Assembly: GCF_039654945.1 (NCBI RefSeq) | Contig: NW_027362023.1 | Location: 1-64,000 of the forward strand | Direction of reading: 5' to 3' | Origin: Dendrobates tinctorius | Lineage: Eukaryota | DNA: 64,000 bases | Shown here: piece by piece, positions 1-10,600 of the stretch | Position numbering within the stretch: position 1 is the first letter of the stretch | Layout of the letters: each line of letters begins with the position of its first letter | Position numbers and translations under genes: made by a program | Notes under the pieces: generated by a model | Database searches by the model: none | The model's input: the letters and a program-made list of their open reading frames with translations, nothing else | Told to the model about the DNA's origin: nothing

Positions 1-45
1 GCACTGTCACCTGTTCTTATTAAATCTGTAAAAAAAAAAAAAGAC
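1..45 (-). other. Probable splice acceptor and exon edge of a minus-strand gene continuing off-window (possibly the C3orf18 orthologue)
   Basis: Reverse complement reads cttcagtc-T-run-acag|atttaataagaac: polypyrimidine tract plus CAG (AG at 27-26). Gene identity is inferred only from human synteny, where C3orf18 is head-to-head with HEMK1. Confidence 0.35.
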
Positions 46-3000
46 TGAAGAGCGCCCCCTGCTGACAGTCCGAAGAGCAGCCCCCGCCTCCCCCCGACAG
101 TCCAGAGAGCTCCCACCCGCCTCCGACAGTCCAGAGAGCTCCCACCCGCCTCCGACAGTCCAGAGAGCGCGCCCCCCGCCTCCGACAGTCCAGAGAGCGC
201 GCCCCCCGCCTCCGACAGTCCAGAGAGCGCGCCCCCCCGCCTCCGACAGTCCAGAGAGCGCGCCCCCGCCTCCGACAGTCCAGAGAGCGCGCCCCCCGCC
301 TCCGACAGTCCAGAGAGCGCGCCCCCCCGCCTCCGACAGTCCAGAGAGCGCGCCCCCCCCGCCTCCGACAGTCCAGAGAGCGCGCCCCCCCGCCTCCGAC
401 AGTCCAGAGAGCGCGCCCCCCGCCTCCGACAGTCCGAAGAGCGCCCCCCGCCTCCGACAGTCCAGAGAGCGCGCCCCCCCGCCTCCGACAGTCCAGAGAG
501 CGCGCCCCCCGCCTCGCAGTCCAAGAGCGCGCCCCCCGCCTCCGACAGTCCAGAGAGCGCGCCCCCCGCCTCCGACAGTCCAGAGAGCGCGCCCCCCGCC
601 TCCGACAGTCCAGAGAGCGCGCCCCCCCGCCTCCGACAGTCCAGAGAGCGCGCCCCCCCGCCTCCGACAGTCCAGAGAGCGCGCCCCCCGCCTCCGACAG
701 TCCAGAGAGCGCGCCCCCCCGCCTCCGACAGTCCAGAGCGCGCCCCCCCGCCTCCGACAGTCCAGAGAGCGCGCCCCCCCGCCTCCGACAGTCCAGAGAG
801 CGCGCCCCCCCGCCTCCGACAGTCCAGAGAGCGCGCCCCCCCGCCTCCGACAGTCCAGAGAGCGCGCCCCCCCCGCCTCCGACAGTCCAGAGAGCGCGCC
901 CCCCGCCTCCGACAGTCCAGAGAGCGCGCCCCCCCGCCTCCGACAGTCCAGAGAGCGCGCCCCCCGCCTCCGACAGTCCAGAGAGCGCGCCCCCCCGCCT
1001 CCGACAGTCCAGAGAGCGCGCCCCCCGCCTCCGACAGTCCAGAGAGGCGCGCCGCCCCCGCCTCCGACAGTCCAGAGAGCGCGCCCCCCGCCTCCGACAG
1101 TCCAGAGAGCGCGCCCCCCGCCTCCGACAGTCCAGAGAGCGCGCCCCCCGCCTCCGACAGTCCAGAGAGCGCGCCCCCCCGCCTCCGACAGTCCAGAGAG
1201 CGCGCCCCCCCGCCTCCCCGACAGTCCAGAGAGCGCGCCCCCCCGCCTCCGACAGTCCAGAGAGCGCGCCCCCCGCCTCCGACAGTCCAGAGAGCGCGCC
1301 CCCCGCCTCCGACAGTCCAGAGAGCGCGCCCCCCCCCGCCTCCCCGACAGTCCAGAGAGCGCGCCCCCCGCCTCCCCGACAGTCCAGAGAGCGCGCCCCC
1401 CGCCCTCCCGACAGTCCAGAGAGCGCGCCCCCCGCCTCCCCGACAGTCCAGAGAGCGCGCCCCCCCCGCCTCCCCGACAGTCCAGAGAGCGCGCCCCCCG
1501 CCTCCCCGACAGTCCGAGAGAGCGCGCCCCCCGCCTCCCCCGACAGTCCAGAGAGCGCGCCCCCCGCCTCCCCCCGACAGTCCAGAGAGCGCGCCCCCCG
1601 CCTCCCCCCGACAGTCCAGAGAGCGCGCCCCCCGCCTCCCCCCGACAGTCCCAGAGAGCGCGCCCCCCGCCTCCCCCCGACAGTCCAGAGAGCGCGCCCC
1701 CCCGCCTCCCCCCGACAGTCCAGAGAGCGCGCCCCCCGCCTCCCCGACAGTCCAGAGAGCGCGCCCCCCGCCTCCCCCGACAGTCCAGAGAGCGCGCCCG
1801 CCTCCCGCCTCCCCCCGACAGTCCAGAGAGCGCGCCCCCCGCCTCCCCCCGACAGTCCAGAGAGCGCGCCCCCCCGCCTCCCCCCGACAGTCCAGAGAGC
1901 GCGCCCCCCCGCCTCCCCCCGACAGTCCAGAGAGCGCGCCCCCCGCCTCCCCCCGACAGTCCAGAGAGCGCGCCCCCCGCCTCCCCCCGACAGTCCAGAG
2001 AGCGCGCCCCCCCGCCCCTCCCCCCCGACAGTCCAGAGAGCGCGCCCCCCGCCTCCCCCGACAGTCCAGAGAGCGCGCCCCCCGCCCTCCCCCCGACAGT
2101 CCAGAGAGCGCGCCCCCCGCCTCCCCCCGACAGTCCAGAGAGCGCGCCCCCCGCCTCCCCCCGACAGTCCAGAGAGCGCGCCCCCCGCCTCCCCCCGACA
2201 GTCCAGAGAGCGCGCCCCCCCGCCTCCCCCCGACAGTCCAGAGAGCGCGCCCCCCCCGCCTCCCCCCGACAGTCCAGAGAGCGCGCCCCCCGCCTCCCCC
2301 CGACAGTCCAGAGAGCGCGCCCCCCCGCCTCCCCCCGACAGTCCAGAGAGCGCGCCCCCCGCCTCCCCCCGACAGTCCAGAGAGCGCGCCCCCCCGCCTC
2401 CCCCCGACAGTCCAGAGAGCGCGCCCCCCCGCCTCCCCCGACAGTCCAGAGAGCGCGCCCCCCGCCTCCCCCCGACAGTCCAGAGAGCGCGCCCCCCGCC
2501 TCCCCCCGACAGTCCAGAGAGCGCGCCCCCCCGCCTCCCCCCGACAGTCCAGAGAGCGCGCCCCCCGCCTCCCCCCGACAGTCCAGAGAGCGCGCCCCCC
2601 GCCTCCCCCCGACAGTCCAGAGAGCGCGCCCCCCCGCCTCCCCCCGACAGTCCAGAGAGCGCGCCCCCCGCCTCCCCCCGACAGTCCAGAGAGCGCGCCC
2701 CCCCGCCTCCCCCCGACAGTCCAGAGAGCGCGCCCCCCCGCCTCCCCCCGACAGTCCAGAGAGCGCGCCCCCCGCCTCCCCCCGACAGTCCAGAGAGCGC
2801 GCCCCCGCCCCTCCCCCCCGACAGTCCAGAGAGCGCGCCCCCCGCCTCCCCCCGACAGTCCAGAGAGCGCGCCCCCCGCCTCCCCCCGACAGTCCAGAGA
2901 GCGCGCCCCCGCCTCCCCCCGACAGTCCAGAGAGCGCGCCCCCCGCCTCCCCCCGACAGTCCAGAGAGCGCGCCCCCCGCCTCCCCCCGACAGTCCAGAG

Positions 3001-6000
3001 AGCGCGCCCCCCGCCTCCCCCCGACAGTCCCAGAGAGCGCGCCCCCCGCCTCCCCCCGACAGTCCAGAGAGCGCGCCCCCCGCCTCCCCCCGACAGTCCA
3101 GAGAGCGCGCCCCCCGCCTCCCCCCGACAGTCCAGAGAGCGCGCCCCCCCGCCTCCCCCCGACAGTCCAGAGAGCGCGCCCCCCGCCTCCCCCCGACAGT
3201 CCAGAGAGCGCGCCCCCCGCCTCCCCCCGACAGTCCAGAGAGCGCGCCCCCCGCCTCCCCGACAGTCCAGAGAGCGCGCCCCCCCGCCTCCCCCGACAGT
3301 CCAGAGAGCGCGCCCCCCCGCCTCCCCCGACAGTCCAGAGAGCGCGCCCCCCGCCTCCGACAGTCCAGAGAGCGCGCCCCCGCCTCCGACAGTCCAGAGA
3401 GCGCGCCCCCCGCCTCCGACAGTCCAGAGAGCGCGCCCCCCGCCTCCGACAGTCCAGAGAGCGCGCCCCCCGCCTCCGACAGTCCAGAGAGCGCGCCCCC
3501 CGCCTCCGACAGTCCAGAGAGCGCGCCCCCCCGCCTCCCGACAGTCCAGAGAGCGCGCCCCCCGCCTCCGACAGTCCAGAGAGCGCGCCCCCGCCTCCGA
3601 CAGTCCAGAGAGCGCGCCCCCGCCTCCGGACAGTCCAGAGAGCGCGCCCCCGCCCCGACAGTCCAGAGAGCGCGCCCCCGCCTCCGACAGTCCAGAGAGC
3701 GCGCCCCCCGCCTCGACAGTCCAGAGAGCGCGCCCCCGCCCGACAGTCCAGAGAGCGCGCCCCCCGACAGTCCAGAGAGCGCGCCCCCGACAGTCCAGAG
3801 AGCGCGCCCCCGACAGTCCAGAGAGCGCGCCCCCCGACAGTCCAGAGAGCGCGGCCCCCGCCCCGACAGTCCAGAGAGCGCGCCCCCCCGACAGTCCAGA
3901 GAGCGCGCCCCCCGACAGTCCAGAGAGCGCGCCCCCCCGACAGTCCAGAGAGCGCGCCCCCCCGACAGTCCAGAGAGCGCCCCGACAGTCAGAGCGCCCG
4001 ACAGTCCAGAGAGCGCGCCCCCCCGACAGTCCAGAGAGCGCGCCCCCCGACAGTCCAGAGAGCGCGCCCCCCGACAGTCCAGAGAGCGCGCCCCCCGACA
4101 GTCCAGAGAGCGCGCCCCCCGACAGTCCAGAGAGCGCGCCCCCCGACAGTCCAGAGAGCGCGCCCCCCGACAGTCCAGAGAGCGCGCCCCCCGACAGTCC
4201 AGAGAGCGCGCCCCCGACAGTCCAGAGAGCGCCCCCGACAGTCCAGAGAGCGCGCCCCCCCGACAGTCCAGAGAGCGCGCCCCCCGACAGTCCAGAGAGC
4301 GCGCCCCCCGACAGTCCAGAGAGCGCGCCCCCCGACAGTCCAGAGAGCGCGCCCCCCGACAGTCCAGAGAGCGCGCCCCCCGACAGTCCAGAGAGCGCGC
4401 CCCCCGACAGTCCAGAGCGAGCGCGCCCCCCCGACAGTCCAGAGAGCGCGCCCCCCGACAGTCCAGAGAGCGCGCCCCCCGACAGTCCAGAGAGCGCGCC
4501 CCCCGACAGTCCAGAGAGCGCGCCCCCCGACAGTCCAGAGAGCGCGCCCCCCGACAGTCCAGAGAGCGCGCCCCCCGACAGTCCAGAGAGCGCGCCCCCC
4601 GACAGTCCAGAGAGCGCGCCCCGACAGTCCAGAGAGCGCGCCCCCCGACAGTCCAGAGAGCGCGCCCCCCGACAGTCCAGAGAGCGCGCCCCCGACAGTC
4701 CAGAGAGCGCGCCCCCCGACAGTCCAGAGAGCGCGCCCCCCGACAGTCCAGAGAGCGCGCCCCCCGACAGTCCAGAGAGCGCGCCCCCCCGACAGTCCAG
4801 AGAGCGCGCCCCCCGACAGTCCAGAGAGCGCGCCCCCCCGACAGTCCAGAGAGCGCGCCCCCCGACAGTCCAGAGAGCGCGCCCCCCGACAGTCCAGAGA
4901 GCGCGCCCCCCGACAGTCCAGAGAGCGCGCCCCCCCGACAGTCCAGAGAGCGCGCCCCCCGACAGTCCAGAGAGCGCGCCCCCCGACAGTCCAGAGAGCG
5001 CGCCCCCCGACAGTCCAGAAGAGCGCGCCCCTCCGACAGTCCAGAGAGCGCGCCCTCCGACAGTCCAGAGAGCGCGCCCCTCCGACAGTCCAGAGAGCGC
5101 GCCCTCCGACAGTCCAGAGAGCGCGCCCTCGACAGTCCAGAGAGCGCGCCCTCCGACAGTCCAGAGAGCGCGCCCCTCCGACAGTCCAGAGAGCGCGCCC
5201 TCCGACAGTCCAGAGAGCGCGCCCTCCGACAGTCCAGAGAGCGCGCCCTCCGACAGTCAGAGAGCGCCCTCCGACAGTCCAGAGAGCGCGCCTCCGACAG
5301 TCCAGAGAGCGCGCCCTCCGACAGTCCAGAGAGCGCGCCCTCCGACAGTCCAGAGAGCGCGCCCTCCGACAGTCCAGAGAGCGCGCCCTCCGACAGTCCA
5401 GAGAGCGCGCCCTCGACAGTCCAGAGCGCGCCTCCGACAGTCCAGAGAGCGCGCCCTCCGACAGTCCAGAGAGCGCGCCCTCGACAGTCAGAGAGGCGCC
5501 TCCGACAGTCCAGAGAGCGCGCCCTCCGACAGTCCAGAGAGCGCGCCCTCCGACAGTCCAGAGAGCGCGCCCTCCGACAGTCCCAGAGAGCGCGCCCTCC
5601 GACAGTCCAGAGAGCGCGCCCTCCGACAGTCCAGAGAGCGCGCCCTCCGACAGTCCAGAGAGCGCGCCCTCCGACAGTCCAGAGAGCGCGCCCTCCGACA
5701 GTCCAGAGAGCGCGCCCTCCGACAGTCCAGAGAGCGCGCCCTCCGACAGTCCAGAGAGCGCGCCCTCCGACAGTCCAGAGAGCGCGCCCTCCGACAGTCC
5801 AGAGAGCGCGCCCTCCGACAGTCCAGAGAGCGCGCCTCCGACAGTCCAGAGAGCGCGCCCTCCGACAGTCCAGAGAGCGCGCCCTCCGACAGTCCAGAGA
5901 GCGCGCCCTCCGACAGTCCAGAGAGCGCGCCCTCCGACAGTCCAGAGAGCGCGCCCTCCGACAGTCCAGAGAGCGCGCCCTCCGACAGTCCAGAGAGCGC

Positions 6001-6630
6001 GCCCCTCCGACAGTCCAGAGAGCGCGCCCTCCGACAGTCCAGAGAGCGCGCCCTCCGACAGTCCAGAGAGCGCGCCCTCCGACAGTCCAGAGAGCGCGCC
6101 CTCCGACAGTCCAGAGAGCGCGCCCCTCCGACAGTCCAGAGAGCGCGCCCCCCGCCTCCGACAGTCCAGAGAGCGCGCCCCCCGCCTCCGACAGTCCAGA
6201 GAGCGCGCCCCCCCGCCTCCGACAGTCCAGAGAGCGCGCCCCCCCGCCTCCGACAGTCCAGAGAGCGCGCCCCCCCGCCTCCGACAGTCCAGAGAGCGCG
6301 CCCCCCCCGCCTCCGACAGTCCAGAGAGCGCGCCCCCCCCGCCTCCGACAGTCCAGAGAGCGCGCCCCCCCCGCCTCCGACAGTCCAGAGAGCGCCCCGC
6401 CCCGCCTCCGACAGTTCAGAGAGCGCGCCCCCCCCGCCTCCGACAGTTCAGAGAGCGCGCCCCCCCGCCTCCGACAGTCCAGAGAGCGCCCGCCCCGCCT
6501 CCGACAGTCCAGAGAGCGCGCCCCCCCCCCGCCTCCGACAGTCCAGAGAGCGCCCCCCCGCCTCCGACAGTCCAGAGAGCGCCCCCCCCCCCCCGCCTCC
6601 GACAGTCCAGAGAGCGCCCCCCTGCCTCCG
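46..6630. repeat. GC/CpG-rich minisatellite, ~25-35 bp unit (CCGACAGTCCAGAGAGCGCGCCCCCCGCCT and variants)
   Basis: About 200 tandem copies visible directly. Unit length varies with C-run length and loss of the GCCT segment. Confidence 0.97.
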
Positions 6631-7695
6631 GACAGTGCCCCCTGACATTCCGGAAAGCGCCCTCCTACCCTCAATGGCGAACGCCATCCCTCAACCATCC
6701 GGAGAACTCGGCGAGCGCCCCCCAAACCGTCCGCAGAGCCCGGCGAGCGCCCCCCCTCCCCAATAGTCCGGAGAACCCAGAACCCCCCCTCCCCCGTTGG
6801 TGAGCGCAGTCTCCCCCCCCCCCCCCCCCAATGGGGCTAAGAGAAATAGCAGTAAATGGAGTAAGATTGCAGAATTCATTGCTTCCTTCCCTACTGATCC
6901 TGTGACCGCTGCCGCCTATCGGTTGACTGCCGTATATGCTGGCATCGTGGCGCCTGCCCTATGTGATTCCATACTCCTGCCCCATACAGGGAAACGATGC
7001 CACGCAGCGCCCAGAAGCCATAGCACAGCACAGCTGCGAGTGCTGCCTGACACATTATGGATGCGGTGCCGTCAGGTCATTAGCCGGTCGGGCTTTATCC
7101 TGTGATACCACACACATTATACCGCCATATGACGCCATCACCGCTGATGCACATGTCCTGCTGATTCTTCAGTCTGACTCTGGGCTCTGTTTTGGGCAGT
7201 CCTGGTGCAGATTTCCAGTGATCGGAGGAAGATCGGGCCCCCGCCCTGAATTCCTGGAACTGATGTAGACGGACGCGCAGCCTCCGCCGTGTCCGCGAGT
7301 GTAACTTCCTCCGATGTTCTCTATCATTATAATAAAAGGCACCTGAGCGTGTCACCGCCGCCATGAGTCTCATGACAGCGCTCGTGGTCACCCTGCTTTC
7401 CACATGTCCTGAATGGCATGTACACTGACATTTAGAGATACATCCCCGTCCTCCTGATGGCTGCCGCTCTCCTGTGTCAGTGGTCGCTGTAGTGCTGACT
7501 TTCTGTTCATGAGTCAGGATGCACCGCAGTGTGCTGCAGGTGATGCATTTTGTGTTGTCCATGGGGCAGGCAGAAGAGAAGGTGCTGAGGGCATTATGTG
7601 TGAGTGGTTGGCAGCGCTGGCCGAGCATCGGGCTGCAGACCTGGCGATTTATGTATTGCCGCATCACCGCAGAGTTTTCCTTTCTCCTGAAGGTC

Positions 7696-10600
7696 ATGCA
7701 ACTTTTACTGCGCCAGTTTCTTGCCAAAGTTTCCCATATACCAGTGCCATGCCGTAGGATGGGAGCGACAGGAATGACACCAGGCAAACTGGCATCATAC
7801 TGGGAGAAAGTCTTCTATCAACATGGGATCCCTGAACCCGAGGACTCCAGCCAAATACTAATAGCTCATGCACTGGGAGCAAAGACCGTGAGTGCAAAAT
7901 CCTGGGGGCAAAAGAGAAGTTTGAAGGAAGGGACTGAGGGGCGGGGGGGGATCTGGAGGAAGGGACTGAGGGGGGGGGGATCTGGAGGAGGGGACTGAGG
8001 GGGGGGGGATCTGGAGGAGGGGACTGAGGGGGGGGGGATCTGGAGGAAGGGACTGAGGGGGGGGATCTGGAGGAAGGGACTGAGGGGGGGGATCTGGAGG
8101 AAGGGACTGAGGGGGGGATCTGGAGGAAGGGACAGGGGGGGGGATCTGGAGGAAGGGACTGAGGGCGGGGGATCTGGAGGAAGGGACTGAGGGGGGGGAT
8201 CTGGAGGAAGGGACTGAGGGGGGGGATCTGGAGGAAGGGACTGAGGGGGGGGGATCTGGAGGAAGGGACAGGGGGGGGGATCTGGAGGAAGGGACTGAGG
8301 GCGGGGGATCTGGAGGAAGGGACTGAGGGGGGGGATCTGGAGGAAGGGACTGAGGGGGGGGATCTGGAGGAAGGGACTGAGGGGGGGGGATCTGGAGGAA
8401 GGGACTGAGGGGGGGGATCTGGAGGAAGGGACTGAGGGGGGGGATCTGGAGGAAGGGACTGAGGGGGGGGGATCTGGAGGAAGGGACTGAGGGGGGGGGA
8501 TCTGGAGGAAGGGACTGAGGGGGGGGGATCTGGAGGAAGGGACTGAGGGGGGGGGATCTGGAGGAAGGGACTGAGGGGGGGGGATCTGGAGGAAGGGACT
8601 GAGGGGGGGGGATCTGGAGGAAGGGACTGAGGGGGGGGATCTGGAGGAAGGGACTGAGGGGGGGGGATCTGGAGGAAGGGACTGAGGGGGGGGATCTGGA
8701 GGAAGGGACTGAGGGGGGGATCTGGAGGAAGGGACTGAGGGGGGGGGATCTGGAGGAAGGGACTGAGGGGGGGGGGATCTGGAGGAAGGGACTGAGGGGG
8801 GGGGATCTGGAGGAAGGGACTGAGGGGGGGGGATCTGGAGGAAGGGACTGAGGGGGGGGGATCTGGAGGAAGGGACTGAGGGGGGGGATCTGGAGGAAGG
8901 GACTGAGGGGGGGGATCTGGAGGAAGGGACTGAGGGGGGGGGATCTGGAGGAAGGGACTGAGGGGGGGGGATCTGGAGGAAGGGACTGAGGGGGGAGGAA
9001 GGGACTGGGGGGAATCTGGAGCAAGGGACTGAGGGGGGGGAAGGGACTGAGGGGGGGAATCTGGAGGAAGGGACTGAGGGGGGGGATCTGGAGGAAGGGA
9101 CTGAGGGGGGGAATCTGGAGCAAGGGACTGAGGGGGGGGAAGGGACTGAGGGGGGGAATCTGGAGCAAGGGACTGAGGGGGGGAATCTGGAGCAAGGGAC
9201 TGAGGGGGGGGATCTGGAGGAAGGGACTGAGGGGGGGGATCTGGAGGAAGGGACTGAGGGGGGGAATCTGGAGCAAGGGACTGAGGGGGGGAAGGGACTG
9301 AGGGGGGGAAGGGACTGAGGGGGGGAATCTGGAGCAAGGGACTGAGGGGGGGAATCTGGAGCAAGGGACTGAGGGGGGGGATCTGGAGCAAGGGACTGAG
9401 GGGGGGAATCTGGAGCAAGGGACTGAGGGGGGGAATCTGGAGCAAGGGACTGAGGGGGGGAATCTGGAGCAAGGGACTGAGGGGGGGGATCTGGAGGAAG
9501 GGACTGAGGGGGGGAATCTGGAGCAAGGGACTGAGGGGGGGATCTGGAGGAAGGGACTGAGGGGGGGAATCTGGAGGAGGGGACTGAGGGGCCTGGAGCA
9601 ATAGAGTTGGGGGGGGATCTGGAGGAGGGGACTGAGGGGTCTGGAGCAATAGAGTTGGGGGTGTTCTAGTGGAAGGAACTGAGGGGTCTGGAAAGGGAGG
9701 TGAGGACAAATGGGTCAGGTTTGGAGGGGAGAGAAGCGTCTGCTGTTTCATTACTTTTACTATACAGGTTCCTGTGGCTCCTCTCTGCTTCGGTGGTGGT
9801 GGTGGTGCTCTGGTTGGGGGAGTGCTCCTGTGGTGGTGGGGGGAGTTCTCCGGTCCTCACAGATCCCATTTTCTTTCTGGCAGATGCACAGTATCGGCTC
9901 CTGCGCAGCTTGGTCTCCAGTATCTACAGATCAGCTGCTGCTCGTAGAGAAAATGGCGCAAGAACGTCTGAAGAGGTGAGTCTCAGTATTAGGCCGGGAT
10001 CACACTACCGTGTGTGATGCGAGAAACTCGCACGAGTCTCTCGCATCAACACCCGGCACTAGCGCCGGCACTCAGGACCAGAGCTGCGGCTGCATAGAAA
10101 TACATACAGCCGCAGCTCCCGGTATATACGTGTATATGGTGTGCGGAGCGGCATGTCTCCGTGTGTGCGGTGTGCGGAGCGGCATGTCTCCGTGTGTACG
10201 GTGTGCGGAGCGGCATGTCTCCGTGTGTACGGTGTGCGGAGCGGCATGTCTCCGTGTGTACGGTGTGCGGAGCGGCATGTCTCCGTGTATACGGTGTGCG
10301 GAGCGGCATGTCTCCGTGTGTGCGGTGTGCGGAGCGGCATGTCTCCGTATATACTGTGTGCGGAGCGGCATGTCTCCGTGTGTACGGTGTGCGGAGCGGC
10401 ATGTCTCCGTGTGTGCGGAGCGGGAAGTCTCCGTGTGTACGGTGTGCGGAGCAGGAAACATGCAAAACACAAGCCACAGAGACACCATCACGTTTCTCAA
10501 CGCAAGCAATAACTTTTACTAGGCATTGCTCCTACTAGCCAGTTTCCTCCTCCACACTGATGAGGGGCAATACCCCGAAACAGCTGTCTGTGGATGGACA

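Noticed and set aside
7519-7695. 59-codon N-terminal extension of HEMK1
   Set aside because: A good acceptor (tttctcctgaag) precedes ATG 7696 and the extension shows no HemK similarity, so it is likely intronic, though not excluded.
7694-9751. Proline-rich extensin-like ORFs
   Set aside because: Antisense reading of the G-rich intronic repeat.
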